Source: the human T2T-CHM13v2.0 reference genome, Homo sapiens
NCBI GenBank assembly: GCA_009914755.4
Contig: CP068257.2
Span: forward strand, 31,456,001-31,520,000
Direction of reading: 5' to 3'
Length of the DNA: 64,000 nucleotides
Numbering within the stretch: the stretch's first letter is position 1; each line of letters starts with the position of its first letter. A program made the translations under genes and the position numbers. Positions 30,107 to 45,723 of the stretch are shown here, piece by piece. The notes beneath the pieces are model-generated. The model saw nothing but the letters and a program-made list of their open reading frames with translations, was not told where the DNA came from and did not search any database.

Positions 30107-30798
30107 CCTGTCCAAGAAAGGGGCCATTTCAATGGAAGAAGTGTCATTCTCCGGAAAAGACCCAATTCAGTCTCCACGACCAAGGCATTTGTGTGGCTGT
30201 TTGGTGGGAAAATTTCATTACAGAAATTGAGACATGATGAAGAACAGACCAAAAAGCTGGCTCGGCTTAAGCCTTCCACCTGTTCCAATTCCTGTTTGTT
30301 TTGTTTTTCAGAGCGAGAAACCCTAACCCACCCCTATGCATAAAACATTTTGCACACAGGATGCTTTATAAAATACGATCCCTCAGTGATTTCCCCGTGC
30401 AAGCAGGTATTGGACCATTTTGCGGCCAGAGCCACCTGAGATATGACACACGCAGCACCTTGTTGGAGATGGACAGGGGAGGGTGAATTCCTACGTGAAC
30501 TTTGCCAGCCCTGTCATCTCACACAAACTACTTAACTGCTCAGCACCCATCCTCAGGTGTAAAAAAGGGATAACATTTCCTTCTTCACAGAAACTAAATT
30601 TGGAAAATAGATGAGAAATGCTTATCATAATGCCTTATATATAGTGAGGGTTTAATAAATGGAAGCTTTTACCATAATGATAACAGATAATGGTAACATT
30701 GTTTCTATGACTCCTGGAATTTCAGTGGGAAAACAGCTTCCAGAATACCAGTCACTCATTTAAATAAAAATTGACCCTTGATAATAGTAACATTTATT

Positions 30799-31122
<324 letters not shown>

Positions 31123-31570
31123 TTAGCATTCACCCTTGCCAAATTATTTGGCAAAGTTGGATCAGAAACTGCACTGCTAGTGGGCTTATCCTCTTCCTAT
31201 TTCTGAGGTAGAGCTTTCTTCATGAGGCATGAAAATGGCCAAAATTGTCTATTGTTATTTCTGTAGCAGTCATAGTCATTTGTTTTTAAAAAATGAGAAT
31301 GCACAGTTGCTGTATCTTAAGTATAAAGTCATAGGGATGGCTTGATATCTTAAAATGATTTCTTTCCTTTTGCTTCAGTTCCAATTAATCCCAAGATTTT
31401 AATTGCTTGCAAATAATTTAGGAGTAATCTTTGCACTTACACTGGTGGGTTTCTAGAAATGAAGCTGTTTGGTTGAAATTATGAAAGCTGATTTTTTCCA
31501 GTTAGTTGAGAGAACACAAACTGGACCCAGAGCCTAGGAAACAACTCTTTATAAAATTGTCACAAATGCC

Positions 31571-31900
<330 letters not shown>

Positions 31901-32707
31901 TTATGGGCCCTTGGCAGTCCAAACTTTGTGATAGGTATGTAAATCAATTTAACAGGACATGACGATATGGCTTCAGTTACCATCTATATAACTCCTCCAG
32001 ACATTTTCAGTAGAAATTTAAAGTATTCCCAGGATATCAAAGCTAGTGGAAATTTCCATATGGAAAACCTTCTAGACTTTATATTTTTGGAACAATGCAA
32101 AACACTCACTGTTTACTCACAAATCTCCACCTCTGTTTTGTTAGCTTGTTTCATTTTGGTTTTGCCTTAATGCTTAAATGTGGAAGCTGTTGCAGATATT
32201 GTATTATTTCCATCAATCCTGGTTAATTTCAGCAGGAAAACTGCTCCCAGGGTGACAGTCAACCATGCAAACAAATGCAGCCCTGGGAATCTGGGACCTA
32301 TAAGAAGTCCAGCTAAGGACATATGCGAATCCAATTAAACTTAGAAATACACATTTTGGATGTGAGGGCAAGGTCAAATCCTCTCATATATTGTTGGTGG
32401 CAAAGCAAGTTAAAATAACCTTTGTAGAGAGTAATTTGATAGTCTCTACCAACATGTAAAATGTTTACACCCTCTGATCCAGGAATTCTACTTCTGGGAC
32501 CATATGCTACTGAGCTATTCCTTCAAAGTGTGCAAGAACATATGTACAAGGGGGTTGATTATATTATTCCCAAAAATGAAACATGATAACCTAAGTTTCC
32601 ATCAATAGAGCACTGTTTGAATAACTTACAGTGCATCGGTTAAAAAGAATGATGGGAGCCATATGTATAACATGCCCTATAACTACATCTATATCTGTAT
32701 GTTTCTA

Positions 32708-33199
<492 letters not shown>

Positions 33200-33526
33200 T
33201 CACTGTTCATTGTCAGGCTGCTGATATTCCTTGGCATAGGGGACATGAACTTTACAAGGGAGCAGGAAAGAAGAGCTGGCCAGCAAAACTTCCTGGATGC
33301 CCACTGTGAGAAGGTGTTGACGCCAAAGGCTGAGGGAGTTACAGCCAAAGAGAAAAACTAATTCCTTCCCTTAAGGGACTTACCATGGCATAAGAAGTCT
33401 GTGGCTAAAATAAATATAATGTGGAAGTGCTGAGTGATTTGACTTACCCGATCTGTGGGGTTTTAATTGTTTATGATTTGTTGGTTCTGCAACAATACAA
33501 GCCATCTAATGTAGTGCTCAAGAGCT

Positions 33527-33700
33527 GAGCTCTGGGGTTCGACTATGGCCAGCTCTACACTTACTGGCTGGGGAACTTTGCCACTTAGTATCTCTGGGCT
33601 TCAGTTTCCTTCTCTGTAAAATTCTTGGATTATCTACCTCACAGGGCTGATGTAAAACAACACAGAGCCTGGTGTCTACTGCATACTAGGCACAACGAAT
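33527..33700 (+). mobile_element. MIR (SINE/MIR)
   Basis: ..CTACACTTACTGGCTGGGGAACTTTGCCACTTAGTATCTCTGGGCTTCAGTTTCCTTCTCTGTAAAATTCTTGGATTATCTACCTCACAGGGCTGATGTAAAACAACACAGAGCCTGGTGTCTACTGCATACTAGGCACAACGAATC follows the MIR consensus core and 3' half. Confidence 0.75.
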
Positions 33701-34043
33701 CTAGCTATTGTTTTGTTATTGTTGCTATAATAATATTTATATTATTATTATACAACTAATTTATTTATCCACTGCCCTTCACGCAGAAGGGACAGCATGG
33801 TGTAGTCTGTATTTCTGAGGATTCAGGGACCCACCCAGGTAGGCTCGGGTTTTGAGTTACCCCCGCAACAGGAGGGTTTGTGCTTCAGCAGCCACACTCT
33901 CGGCCCACACCCCGATCTGCATTTTCAACACGGCAGACTGGGGTAGGATCTATGGCCATGGAACAAAGGCAGGTTCGCTTGTAAATGCTGAGGCAGGAAC
34001 AGGCAGTTATTTAAACAAGACGGCATTAAATCTACAAAAAAAA

Positions 34044-34095
34044 TCCCCGCCATGCCCAGAGCCAGCTCCCAGGTGACCCTGGCCCATGGGATGGC
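34044..34095 (+). repeat. Partial copy (about 52 bp) of the local low-copy repeat also found at 35.68 kb and 37.09 kb
   Basis: TCCCCGCCATGCCCAGAGCCAGCTCCCAGGTGACCCTGGCCC is identical to 35678-35719. Confidence 0.8.
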
Positions 34096-34894
34096 GTCTC
34101 CTGCCAAGGACACAGGGCTCCCCTCCCCGGGGCAGTTTGTGGCAAAGCTGGAGCTGGTTTCAGTGTTGAGACACCCCTCCCTCCCCCACTGCTTTCACCG
34201 GATAGTGTTTCCATTTCTTTCTGGGTTCCTCTTCCATCCTCTTGGCTCCACTCCTGCAATTCGCACATGGCCCTCATGGGCCACCGTACCCTGCACCCTA
34301 CATGTCCTTTTGCAGTATCACCTGCCTTCACTTGACTGATTCTCTCACTCTTCCAATTCCAATCCCCACAAGAAGAATTTAGAGGGTCCCACTCATCTTT
34401 TCAAGTTAGGAAAACCAGTCAAAAATTATCAGCAGGTGGTATAGACAGCAGCCATTTAAGCCTATTATGGGGCGGTGGGTGGGCAGGCCATGACTGACAC
34501 CTCTAGCAACCAATGAGATTGAGGAAAGAGACTCTTCTGCCTTCCAATTGGTCAGCACTGCTCTTAAAGGCCCTGAGCTGACCAGACGCTGTCCTCCCAC
34601 CTCGCAGGTGGAGAGGGACCCTGGGGCCAGTGGAATGTTTGGCTCTATTTTCTGCGACTAAAATATAATTGTATTTGTCTGTGATCTAGAAAGTACATGA
34701 CTTTTTTTCCCATAGCTACTTTATTATCAGCTGTAAGTCATAGCAACCATGACCCAAGTCATTTTTGTACGTTTATCTTGTTTTTATTACTAATACCAGT
34801 GCTTTACCTACATACAGTCTCTTACCTTTGACAAATTCTTTCACACATGCTAATTTGGATAATATACGAAATGAAGCGTATCTTATTCTCTCCT

Positions 34895-34995
34895 TTCCAT
34901 AGAGAAAGAAATGAAGCTCAGAGAGGTTGAGTAATTTGCCCAAGGTCACACAGCTAGAAAAGTGAGACCGGGATTAGAACCCAATTTTTTGGACT
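34895..34995 (-). mobile_element. MIR fragment
   Basis: GAAATGAAGCTCAGAGAGGTTGAGTAATTTGCCCAAGGTCACACAGCTAGAAAAGTGAGACCGGGATTAGAACCCAA versus MIR ..GATGAGGAAACTGAGGCTCAGAGAGGTTAAGTGACTTGCCCAAGGTCACACAGCTAGTAAGTGGCAGAGCCGGGATTCGAACCCAG. Confidence 0.75.
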
Positions 34996-35677
34996 CTTAA
35001 GTCAGCCCTCCTTACATGTTTTTGAACGTTTTATGGAGTATTCAGAAAAATATTTCCCGAATAAATGAGATCTCACTTTCCCCTCTCTCTCATGTTTTCC
35101 ATTTTGGAAATCTTTACAGTTTAAGGGTCAAGATAGTAGATAAAGTTTTTTAAAAAATAAACTTTCCACAAGTGCAGAAGTAAAATTTCTTAATAAATAG
35201 GAAAAGATTCAGGACAGATAATATGAATACACTGATGAAACAATAACTTATAAGATGGGCCTGGCAAGAAGTAAAAGTGTCCCACATAAATTCTCACTGT
35301 TGAAGGAATGCCCCATCATTACAGCAGAGGGGGTCATAGACACAGGCTTTATGCCTCGTGCTGAATGTCTAACCGCACGCAGAGTTGGTGCCCCATAGAC
35401 AGAGCCTCTCACCCCTCCCCAGCCTCTGTGCAATGCAGACGGCTGTGTCTGTCCTCTCTGGCCTCTGAGAAGAGATGAGTGACCCAAAAGGATAAGCTGG
35501 CTTTGGACTCTGTCCTCCTCTGGGGTATCAGAACTAGGTAAAAACCCTCCTGCATCTTGAATGTGGTGGCTCTGGGGACACTCTGGGCCCACATCCTTGC
35601 TTCTGGCCACATTTTTATGGTTCTGAAACTTATCACTGTGTGGCAGTTTGCCAGAGAATGAGGAGAACGGGGTCATG

Positions 35678-35930
35678 GGGTCCCCGCCATGCCCAGAGCC
35701 AGCTCCCAGGTGACCCTGGCCCTGTGAACAAAGTTCACACTAAAACAAGGAAGAGCTTTCCTGCCCCACCTCTCTTCTCATATTTGGGGCCAGTCGGGTG
35801 GGGAGAAAACTTCTTACCACATGCAGCCTGTGTACTCCGGTCTGGTGGGATAGCAAGGTCCTGCTGTGCACAGGTCAGGCCCCGGGTGTCCTCCTGCCCT
35901 CCACCCAGCCACTGACAAATAGAGCTTTCC
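35678..35930 (+). repeat. Local low-copy repeat unit (about 250 bp), direct copy. Inverted partner at 37088-37340.
   Basis: About 90% identity to the reverse complement of 37088-37340 by eye. The six-frame track gives the same peptide on opposite strands: ..TKTRKSFPAPPLFSYLGPVGWGE..HAACVL.SGG.ARSCCAQVRP.VSSCPPP.H at 35640-35915(+) and 37091-37402(-). Confidence 0.85.
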
Positions 35931-36431
35931 TTTGTTTTGCCCTGTGACCAAAGTTCTTATATGCCTTAAAGGGGAAAGAGATTTTTTCTTATACAAAATC
36001 ACCCAGAAGCCATTCAAGGCAAACAACTCACCCAAGGGCAATCAGGAAACTGCTGACAGAGGCCAGCCAACCAGAACCAGGGTCCCTGGGCACTGGGTGC
36101 AGAGCCCAGTACCCTGAGGAAGCTGCCATCAAAGGAGTGACTCATCCCAAATGATGTCGGCATTGACCAATGAAAACAAAAGCTGAGGTAGAGAAACTGT
36201 CAGAGGGGCCTTACCTTTCCAAGCCTGGGTACCAACACTCTGAGTCCTCATTGGATCTTCTTTTGAAGACCGACCCCTGCAGGGAGACCCTCGATGAGTA
36301 AAAAATATATAAACAAATATAAACAGGTCAGTGAGCCGACCAATCACATCTTACATCCGATGGGATAAAGCCAGTGTGTCAGGGCTGGCCATGGGCTCAA
36401 AAATGTGTGGGTAAGAATTAATGTGGAATCA

Positions 36432-36769
<338 letters not shown>

Positions 36770-37087
36770 TCAGAAAAATTTTGTACTGCCCTACCTCCCT
36801 TTAGCAAAGGAGGACAGGACAATGAAGAATCTATTGGCAAAGCAGAGAAAACAGGCTATATCGCTTGCCAAGCCCCTGGAATTCTGAGAAGGTGCTTCTC
36901 CTGTGATAGCGGTCACTGGTACGGCAAGAGGTTGACAATCCCTGGCCAAAACTCCGAAGGGGGTGGCATGTTTCTGCAGAAACGCAGCAGAGGGTCAGGT
37001 ACCCCAAATGCACCCTCCTTCCTGGTAGCAAGCAGGGTCCCCCGCTGGAAGAGCTGCCTGTTTGGGGCAGGTTTTCTAAATATTAAA

Positions 37088-37340
37088 ATGTCAGTGGCCG
37101 GGTGGAGGGCAGGAGGACACCTGGGGCCTGACCTGTGCACAGCAGGACCTTGCTACCCCACCAGACTGCAGTACACAGGCCGCATGTGGTAAGGTTTCTC
37201 CCCACCCAACTGGCCCCAAATATGAAAAGAGAGGTGGGGCAGGAAAGCTCTTCCTTGTTTTGGTGGCAGGCAAGTGTCTGTGGTCAGGAGCCATGGAGAC
37301 TCGTGCCACGGACTGCGAAGCCACCCAGCCATCTGGCCCA
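37088..37340 (-). repeat. Inverted copy of the 35678-35930 repeat unit
   Basis: GTCAGTGGCCGGGTGGAGGGCAGGAGGACACCTGGGGCCTGACCTGTGCACAGCAGGACCTTGCTACCCCACCAGACTGCAGTACACAGGCCGCATGTGGTAAG..CCCCAAATATGAAAAGAGAGGTGGGGCAGGAAAGCTCTTCCTTGTTTTGGTG is the reverse complement of the 35.7-kb copy. Confidence 0.85.
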
Positions 37341-39079
37341 AGCTCCTGTGACCGGAAGAGCTTGTTTTGCCCTGTTCCCCCAGAGCCAGCAGCGCAGACC
37401 ACAGGGGGCTTGCATTATGTTAGCAAATGAAGAAATGCTTTAACAGGAATAGGCAAATTGTCATCTATTTTAAAGATTTACTTCTAACATAGAAACACAA
37501 TGAAAATCCAGCTATATTATCCACAGAACAACTACAGGGCTTACAAAAAAAACCCTCTTTCATCATGCATGTCAGCGTGACCTGGCGTGTGAGCCCAGTG
37601 CAAGCAATGGACTATGTTTCTAGAGACCTTATGCGCAGCTGCACTCCAGGAGAGCACCTAAAGTCTAGGTCTGAGGTCTGGGGGAAGTAAGGCCCAGGCA
37701 ATCCCTCTCCTGACCCTCTCTACGTTGGATCTGATGTTTCTTCCACAAACTGGGAAGTTCAGGTTCCCCAGAATCTGGCTTTGGATAAGGGGAAGCAGGA
37801 ACAACTCTACTTTTATATAAAGCTGGACATTTGTCCAAAATTGCTTCCTTGTTGCTGTGCCACTTGGGGACATGAACCAAGTCAGATGAGGCTTCATTTT
37901 GGCATCAACACCCCACATCCATCTCATTCAGCCAAGGTCTGTCTGTCCTCCGGTTCCCAGTTCAGTCCCTGGGAAGAAACTGAATTGTCCTCTCTTCCAA
38001 GTGTGGCCCATGCACTCATCCAGGCCACAGGATCCCCTTGAAGGCTCCCCTGCTGCCCCACACCCACCCCATCTGGAAATTACCAAGTCCTTATGGACTT
38101 TGCTCTTTATTCATTCACAAAGAATGTAAGATTCCATTTTTTTAAGAACTGAATAGAAATCCCCGGCATCACCATATCAGGGCGTCTGTTCCACGCCAAC
38201 TCAGTAATTGCCCCGTTTCTAGTGCTTTTTTTTTTTCTCCACCAAAACCAACTTAAGCTGATTACTGCCATCTCAAACAACCTCACTGGGCTCCAGATAT
38301 ATCCATTTAATATGGCCAAGACAAGCAGCCAACTGCCGTTTTCAAAAGACGATCTGACAGATTCTATTCACTTTCAAAGTAGCTCTCCACGGCTGGAATA
38401 ATTATCTTTCATTTCCCCCATTCTGACACCTTTCAATGATTTGTTGACATCTGAAGAGTTATGGGCAATCTTAGAAGAGGCAGCTGGACTTTCCGCCCCC
38501 AAAGATACAAGCACAAAAAGGATTCCCATACAGCATCTGAAATAACTCTGTTCTTTGCAAATGGATATCCAAATCTGCATGTTAATAGGGACACTTTTAT
38601 CTTTAAATATAACCTCAAAAAAAGAAGGGGGGACAGTATTCATTTAACTTGTTCACCGCCAACTCAAGAAAATGCACCTTTCCCTCAAAACCAGCGTTCC
38701 CTCCCTTGACCCATAAAACCAGAAAAAATGCAGATATGCTGAGTTTTCAAACATCTCATGTTTGCTGCAGTCCTCGTTCGAGGGAGAACAGCAGGAGAAA
38801 TCCGAGCAAATGGCAAGAGGCCTCCACTGTTTCATCTGCTGCCAATGAGGTTTTAAGTGAGCATCACTGGAATAATGTCTATTAATAATTTGCACTTCTA
38901 TAGCCCTTTCTTGAGGGTGTCTCTAAGTGCCCTCCCACGAACACAGGCCTCGCTTGCAGGGAAAGAGCTCGACACAGGAATGAACCTCCTGCCTTTGGGC
39001 ACAGTGCCTCCCAGCTCCTGTCTCAGCACAGAGGCACTTTGTCTTTAAAACTCCAGCAAAATGGGGCCTGGGAGAGGTT

Positions 39080-39080
39080 T

Positions 39081-39112
<32 letters not shown>

Positions 39113-39146
39113 ATATATGTTTTATATATATATATATATGTATACA
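39080..39146. repeat. Poly-T tracts followed by a (TA)n microsatellite
   Basis: ttttttgttttttggtttttttttttttttgg...tatatatatatatatatg. Confidence 0.85.
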
Positions 39147-41424
39147 TTACGCAATTACAAATATAGGTCCCATGACACGCAGGATAAATATGGAATGCAA
39201 TATCTTCAGATTATTTTCTTTCTCTATTTTTTCTGTCTCCTGCCTCCCCAACACACAAAATTTGAGGACTTTCGTTAACTATTTTAGTAGTCTATCAAAC
39301 CAAGTGCCTGGTAGATTTCAGTATGGGGGAGTAGTGACAGTGGCCGCAAGAAAGGATCAGATGCAGCCACGATCGTTGTCAGAGATAAATAAACACGAAA
39401 TAGTGAAGGAAAATGGGACAAGCACGCAGCAGTTTGCAGCCTGGACCAATCACAGTGATGCCTCTTGTGGTGGCCTGGAGCCCTCTGCACAGTCCGGAGA
39501 AAAGACTGCCGTGGGGATCGGTTTCTGTTCCGAGAGTACATAGCAGAGTGAGGCTGCTGGGGTTGAAGCCGCTTGTTTGAGTTTTCCAGCTCTAATCAGA
39601 TCGTCCTCCAAAGAGGGAAGTCTCTAAGGAACCAGGAACACAGACCACATCTGCTGGTCACTTCTTTTCCCCCTCGTAGCTTCCAGCCACAGTCCCTCAA
39701 TCAACAGCGCCCCTTACTGGCCAGAGGGTTGCAAACCCAGAGGGTACTGGGGTGTCTCAGATAACCGCTGGCAACCTGGAAATGGACATATCTGTATCAT
39801 CCATCTCCAGTTATAGAATTTTGAACACACTATCGAGAGCAGCTGTTGCAATCCCAGCTCAAGTCTCACGGCCATCCCTCTGTCTTGAACTTGGTCTTGG
39901 CGAAGTCAGGTCTCTCTGTGGGAGTTTTATCATCAGGGGAGCTGCTTCTCCCAAGAAACCAATAACCACCAATACTGTGTGTGATCTTAGCAGATCCAAA
40001 GCTTCGAGAAGCCTTCATCAAGATCAGACATTGCGACAGGAGAATCCTGTTCCCTGCAAACAGGATGGATTTGGATTCTAAGTGGTTGAAGTCACAGAGC
40101 GGTCATTAAAATAACAAAGAGGCACTGGCCTTTTTCAAGCACCTTTCTGGACTTCTCCAAAGAAACCCTGCTGATGAGAGGGCACAGGGTTCATTAGCAA
40201 TCATCTTGGGTCAGCTGATGACAGGAGTGAAGCCAAGGCTGGCACGGGCGACGACAGAGCAGGCGAGCAGAGTTGACCTGGGTTATTTTAGGTGAGGAGG
40301 TGGGCGCAGAGGGAGACAGAGAGGTGGAGGGAGTTTATTTTGGTTGAGGCACTTTATTTTGCTTTCTTGCTTGTGAGGATTCATTTCCCCTGGGTAATTT
40401 AAAGTTTGTAAGAACCTTGGAATTCCTTGGAGAGAAAGCACCATTGCAAATAAAGAGGCCACAGCACTAGTGATGGTGGAGAAAGTGGCCAATGCCGTAT
40501 CTTTAGATGCTTGGGTTTTGGGTTGGGTAGAGTTTTTCGGCACGTTTGGGAAGTGGCTTCTTATATGCCCAGCTCTAGTTTGGGGGCTTCCCATGTGTTT
40601 TTGTGTCTAACATGTATTGTTCTCAGCACTGTGCTGATTTTCCATGTGTTCATTCATTTAATTCTCACAACAACCAAAATGCGTTAATTCATTCATTCTG
40701 AATCAACTTGTTTAATCAAGAGAATTTGACAATGCCCACCCCCTCTCCCTTGGAAAATAAGGGTTAGCCTAGCAGACTGCTCAGGGTCAGGCTTCTTAAT
40801 CCCTTTCAATGCCATTGTCAATATATTGAACCCTATTCAGGAATCAGCAATGACTTTCCGTGCCTGCTCCATCAAGTCTCATTTCCTCTGCCTTGCTCAA
40901 AAAACCTTTTATAACCCTCTTTATAATGCTCCCACTTCCTCTTCTTCCAGCTGCACCTCTACTTCTCCAAACAAATGTAGAATCCCCATGGCAGTGAGTC
41001 GAGTGTCCTGGGTGAGGTGGGAGCTATTGTTCATAATCCGTGTTGCTATTGCCCAGTAAGACACATTGCACCCCACAGAATATACCCATTGCCTTTTCTT
41101 CAACTTTGGGGGACATACCGAGTCTTCACTATACACAGAGTCTGCAGGTAGATAGAGATCTCTCAGTGGCTTTTCTAGGCAACTTGTTCCCGCTACCCCA
41201 GTAGGTATGGACATAACCTCAGCTCTCGACTCTCGGGGAGCACCATCTGGTCATCCATGTGAAAAGAAGAGACAACTCTACCCTGTTATAAAAACATGCC
41301 TGACACTTGGAAATAAAGTAAGGGAGGACTGCCCTTCAGTGCCAGCCTGGAGCACTCAGGGTCATCACATTCCCCAGGGGATATGCCTTTGCTTGACCCA
41401 TTCATTATTGGGCCCAGATTCTGA

Positions 41425-41802
<378 letters not shown>

Positions 41803-42612
41803 TCCCTTTTGATTTCTAAATAATTTTAAAATTTTAGAAATGTTGCAAGAATAATGCAAAGACCTGTTTTTCCTAATTCACTTGAGTAATAAGTTGCTGA
41901 CATGATGCCCATCACCCTAAAATACTTTAATGTGTATCTCCTATGATTGTGAAAGTCACCCACTTTCATGATCTAAATACAACCACCAAAATGAAGAAAT
42001 TAACATCGGTACATACTATCATCTCATTCTCAAATGCCATCCACACTTCTCTAGTTGTTTCAATCTCACTAAACTTTTATAGGCAAGGGACCCAATCCAG
42101 GATTGCTCATCACACAGAGTTGTCCCATCTCTTTAGTCTCCTTCAATCTAGAACAGTTTCTATCTCTCATGACCTTGACACTTTTGACAATAATAGGCCA
42201 ATTATTCCGTAGATGTTCCTTAGTGTAGGTTTTTCAGGTGATGCCTTATTATGAGGGTCAGGGATGTCTTTGGCAGAAACATCATCATAGAAGTGATGCT
42301 GGGTTCATCTTGTATCTGGCCAAGTGGCACACAATTTTAATTTACCCCAGTCCTGGTGACTTACATGTAAACGAAATAATGAAGGTGATGTTGTCCATGT
42401 GCCTCCGCTGTAAAGTTACTTTTTTCCCCCTTTGTAACATACAAGGATCTTGTGGGGAGGTACGTGAGCCTTTGCAAATATCCCATTCCTCATCAGACTT
42501 CACTCACTGTTTTTAATATCCACCAGTGTTTCTTCGTTGGATGATTATGATGGTTGCCAATAAATGATTTTCTAATTCCATCACTTTCCTAATATTTATT
42601 AGTTGGAATTAG

Positions 42613-42740
42613 TAATTTTTGTGTAGAGATAGGGTCTCACTATGTTGCCCAGCCTGGTCTCAAACTCCTAGGCTCAAGCAACCCTCCCACCTCAGCCTCC
42701 CAAAGTGTTGGGATTCAGTTGTGAGCCACTGTGCCCCGCC
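42613..42740 (-). mobile_element. Free left Alu monomer (FLAM-like)
   Basis: TTTTGTGTAGAGATAGGGTCTCACTATGTTGCCCAGCCTGGTCTCAAACTCCTAGGCTCAAGCAACCCTCCCACCTCAGCCTCCCAAAGTGTTGGGATTCAGTTGTGAGCCACTGTGCCCCGCC, one monomer only. Confidence 0.8.
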
Positions 42741-44044
42741 ATATTAGTTAGAATTCTGCTTTTTCCACTTATACATTCATCTGTTTGTTTATATCGGTAG
42801 GAACTCAAGCGTACTTATTTTACTTATCAGGTGATACTCTGCTCCTATCGTTATTCATTTTTATGCCTCAATTATCCCAGTTCTGGCCGGTAGGAGCTCC
42901 TTCACTCTGGCTTCTGGGTTCTCCGGACATGTGCCTATAATTCTTTGAGCCCTTCTTTACTTCCTGGCACAAGACGTTCTAGCTTCATCTTGTACTTTCC
43001 CTGACTCCTCATCCAGCCTTGGAATTGACCATTTCTCCAAGGAGTTTGGGTTCCTTTAAGTGGGGACTTTAGGAACCAAGATCTGAGCACTGATGTATTG
43101 TCTGCTCCCGGGTGGCACTGTTCCCAGGCCCTCCCAGTGAACGGAACTAGGCTACATTTATATACGAGTTGACACTGACACTTCCAATTCCAGTCCAACA
43201 CCAAAGGGCTTATTCTAGGATTTTTCCCTTCCACATGTGTAACTCCCTTCTTCATTGATGAGAAACCTGGTTCCCTCATCGACCTTAACATACATGATGT
43301 TCATAAGGTCCAGAAACAGTTAAATATATATAATATTATTAAAGCCATCTCCAGTCTGTAAAGTAATAATCATAATGTTGTTTTCTATGCATTCAGAATC
43401 TACAGACACCCCGTATTGGTTATTGGACCTGTCCTTCAGTGTGTATACAGTGCCACCCTGGCACCCCTCGCAGCCTGCACAGGCACTCTCACAGCCCCCG
43501 CCACGCCACATCCTCCTACTCCTACTCCCTGGGAGTATCACACTGCCAAGATGACTCCCCTCTGGCATCGCTCGAATTCACTACTGGGCTAAAAGAGTGC
43601 CTGGATTCTCCTTCCTCACCACGGATTGCACGACCAGATGTCCCAGCTGTTATCAGAGCTTTCATAAGGTCTGGAGTTCAGCAGGAAAGTCCAGGTGAAA
43701 TAGGCTTGTCTTGCCACGTATCCCTGTCAACGCTATTGTTCTTTTTGTCCCTCTCAGTTTAGTAGCTGGACCAGTTTCCATCTGCACACCATTGTTCCGG
43801 TGGCCCCCTCTCCTGGAACACACTCCCCACCTTCTCTGCACCCTTGGGGCACAGTTCAGCCCCATGCTTTCCACAAAGCCTGGTCTGGTCCCACGATCCT
43901 TCTCAGGACTTCTCTTTTGTTCCCTGCCATCGTCCTCTGGATGCTCCATCTAACCCTTGCTTATATGCTGTGACTTACTGTTCTCTGTATCAAAGGAATA
44001 GTGTAGCAGGCTCTGTAACTATTTCACAAGGGCGCGAGGACACG

Positions 44045-44153
44045 ACTACTTTACAGCCCCTTAGCATCCAATCAGAAGCTTGACTACTTTACAGCCCCTT
44101 AGCATCCAATCAGAAGCTTGACTACAGCCCCTTAGCATCCAATCAGAAGCTCG
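44045..44153. repeat. Tandem triplication of a 38-bp unit (third copy lacks 5 bp). Each unit has a CCAAT box (CCAATCAG).
   Basis: gactactttacagccccttagcatccaatcagaagctt x2, then gactacagccccttagcatccaatcagaagctc. Confidence 0.95.
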
Positions 44154-44488
44154 TCTCCTCCATACTCATTAAAAGGGCTACAATAAGAAACAAAACAAAA
44201 CAACCAGAAAATGACAAGTGTTGGTGAGGATAGGGAGAAACTGGAACCGCTGGGCACCATAGGTGAGAATGTAAAATGGTACAGCCGCTAGGGAAAGCAG
44301 TATGGCCGTTTCTCAAATAATTGAAAATGGAAATACCATATAATTCAACAATTCCACTTCTGGGTAAATACCCAAAAGAATAGAAAGCAAGGATTTGAAG
44401 AGATATTTGCACACCCATGTTCAGAGCAGCACTATTCACAATAGCCAAAAGGTGGCAGTAACCCAAGTGTCCATCAAAACAAAATGTA

Positions 44489-44746
<258 letters not shown>

Positions 44747-45029
44747 GGTAGCATAGATATACGTTTAAAGGAAGAAAATTCCAACACATACAACAACATG
44801 GATGAACCTTGTGGGCATTATGCTTAGTGAAATAAGCCAGACACGAAAGGACAAATACTATATGATTCCACTTACATCAGGTATCTAGATGAGTCGAATT
44901 CCTAGACAGAAAGTAGAATGGTGATTGCCAGGGTTTGAAGGGAGCAGGCAGTGGGGAGTTACTGTTTAATGGGTACACAGTTTCAGTTTTACAAGACCAG
45001 AGGAGTTTTGTATGGCTGGATGGTGGTGA

Positions 45030-45357
<328 letters not shown>

Positions 45358-45416
45358 TGAATGTTCTTAATGCCACTGAACTATACACTTAAAAAATGGT
45401 TAAGATGGTAAATTTT

Positions 45417-45723
45417 GGCTGGGCGTGGTGGCTTACGCCTGTAATCCCAGCACTTTGGGAGGCCAAGGCTGGCGGATCACAAGGTCAGGAGATCGAGACC
45501 ATCCTGGTCAACATGGTGAAACCCCGTCCCTACTAAAAATACAAAAATTAGCTGGGCATGGTGGTGTGCACCTGTAATCCCAGCTACTCGGGACCCTGAG
45601 GCAGGAGAATCACTTGAACTAGGGAGTCAGAGGTTGCAGTGAGCTGAGATTGTGCCACTCCACTCCAGCCTGGGTGACAGAGTGAGACTTGGTCTCAAAT
45701 TAAAAAAATAAAAAATAAAGAAA
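45417..45723 (+). mobile_element. Alu (AluS/Y-like) inside L1
   Basis: GGCTGGGCGTGGTGGCTTACGCCTGTAATCCC..CACAAGGTCAGGAGATCGAGACCATCCTGGTCAACATGG.. to an A-rich tail. TSD AAGATGGTAAAT at 45404-45415 and 45723-45734. Confidence 0.94.

Noticed and set aside
29629-30237. 202-aa plus-strand ORF
   Set aside because: It reads through the imperfect (CA)n microsatellite (..KYTHTHTDIHTQTHTHTPAP..). Repeat-driven open frames are not genes.
39061-39543. 160-aa plus-strand ORF
   Set aside because: It starts in poly-T/(TA)n low-complexity sequence (FFCFLVFFFFLDICFIYIYICIHYA..). It is a compositional artefact.
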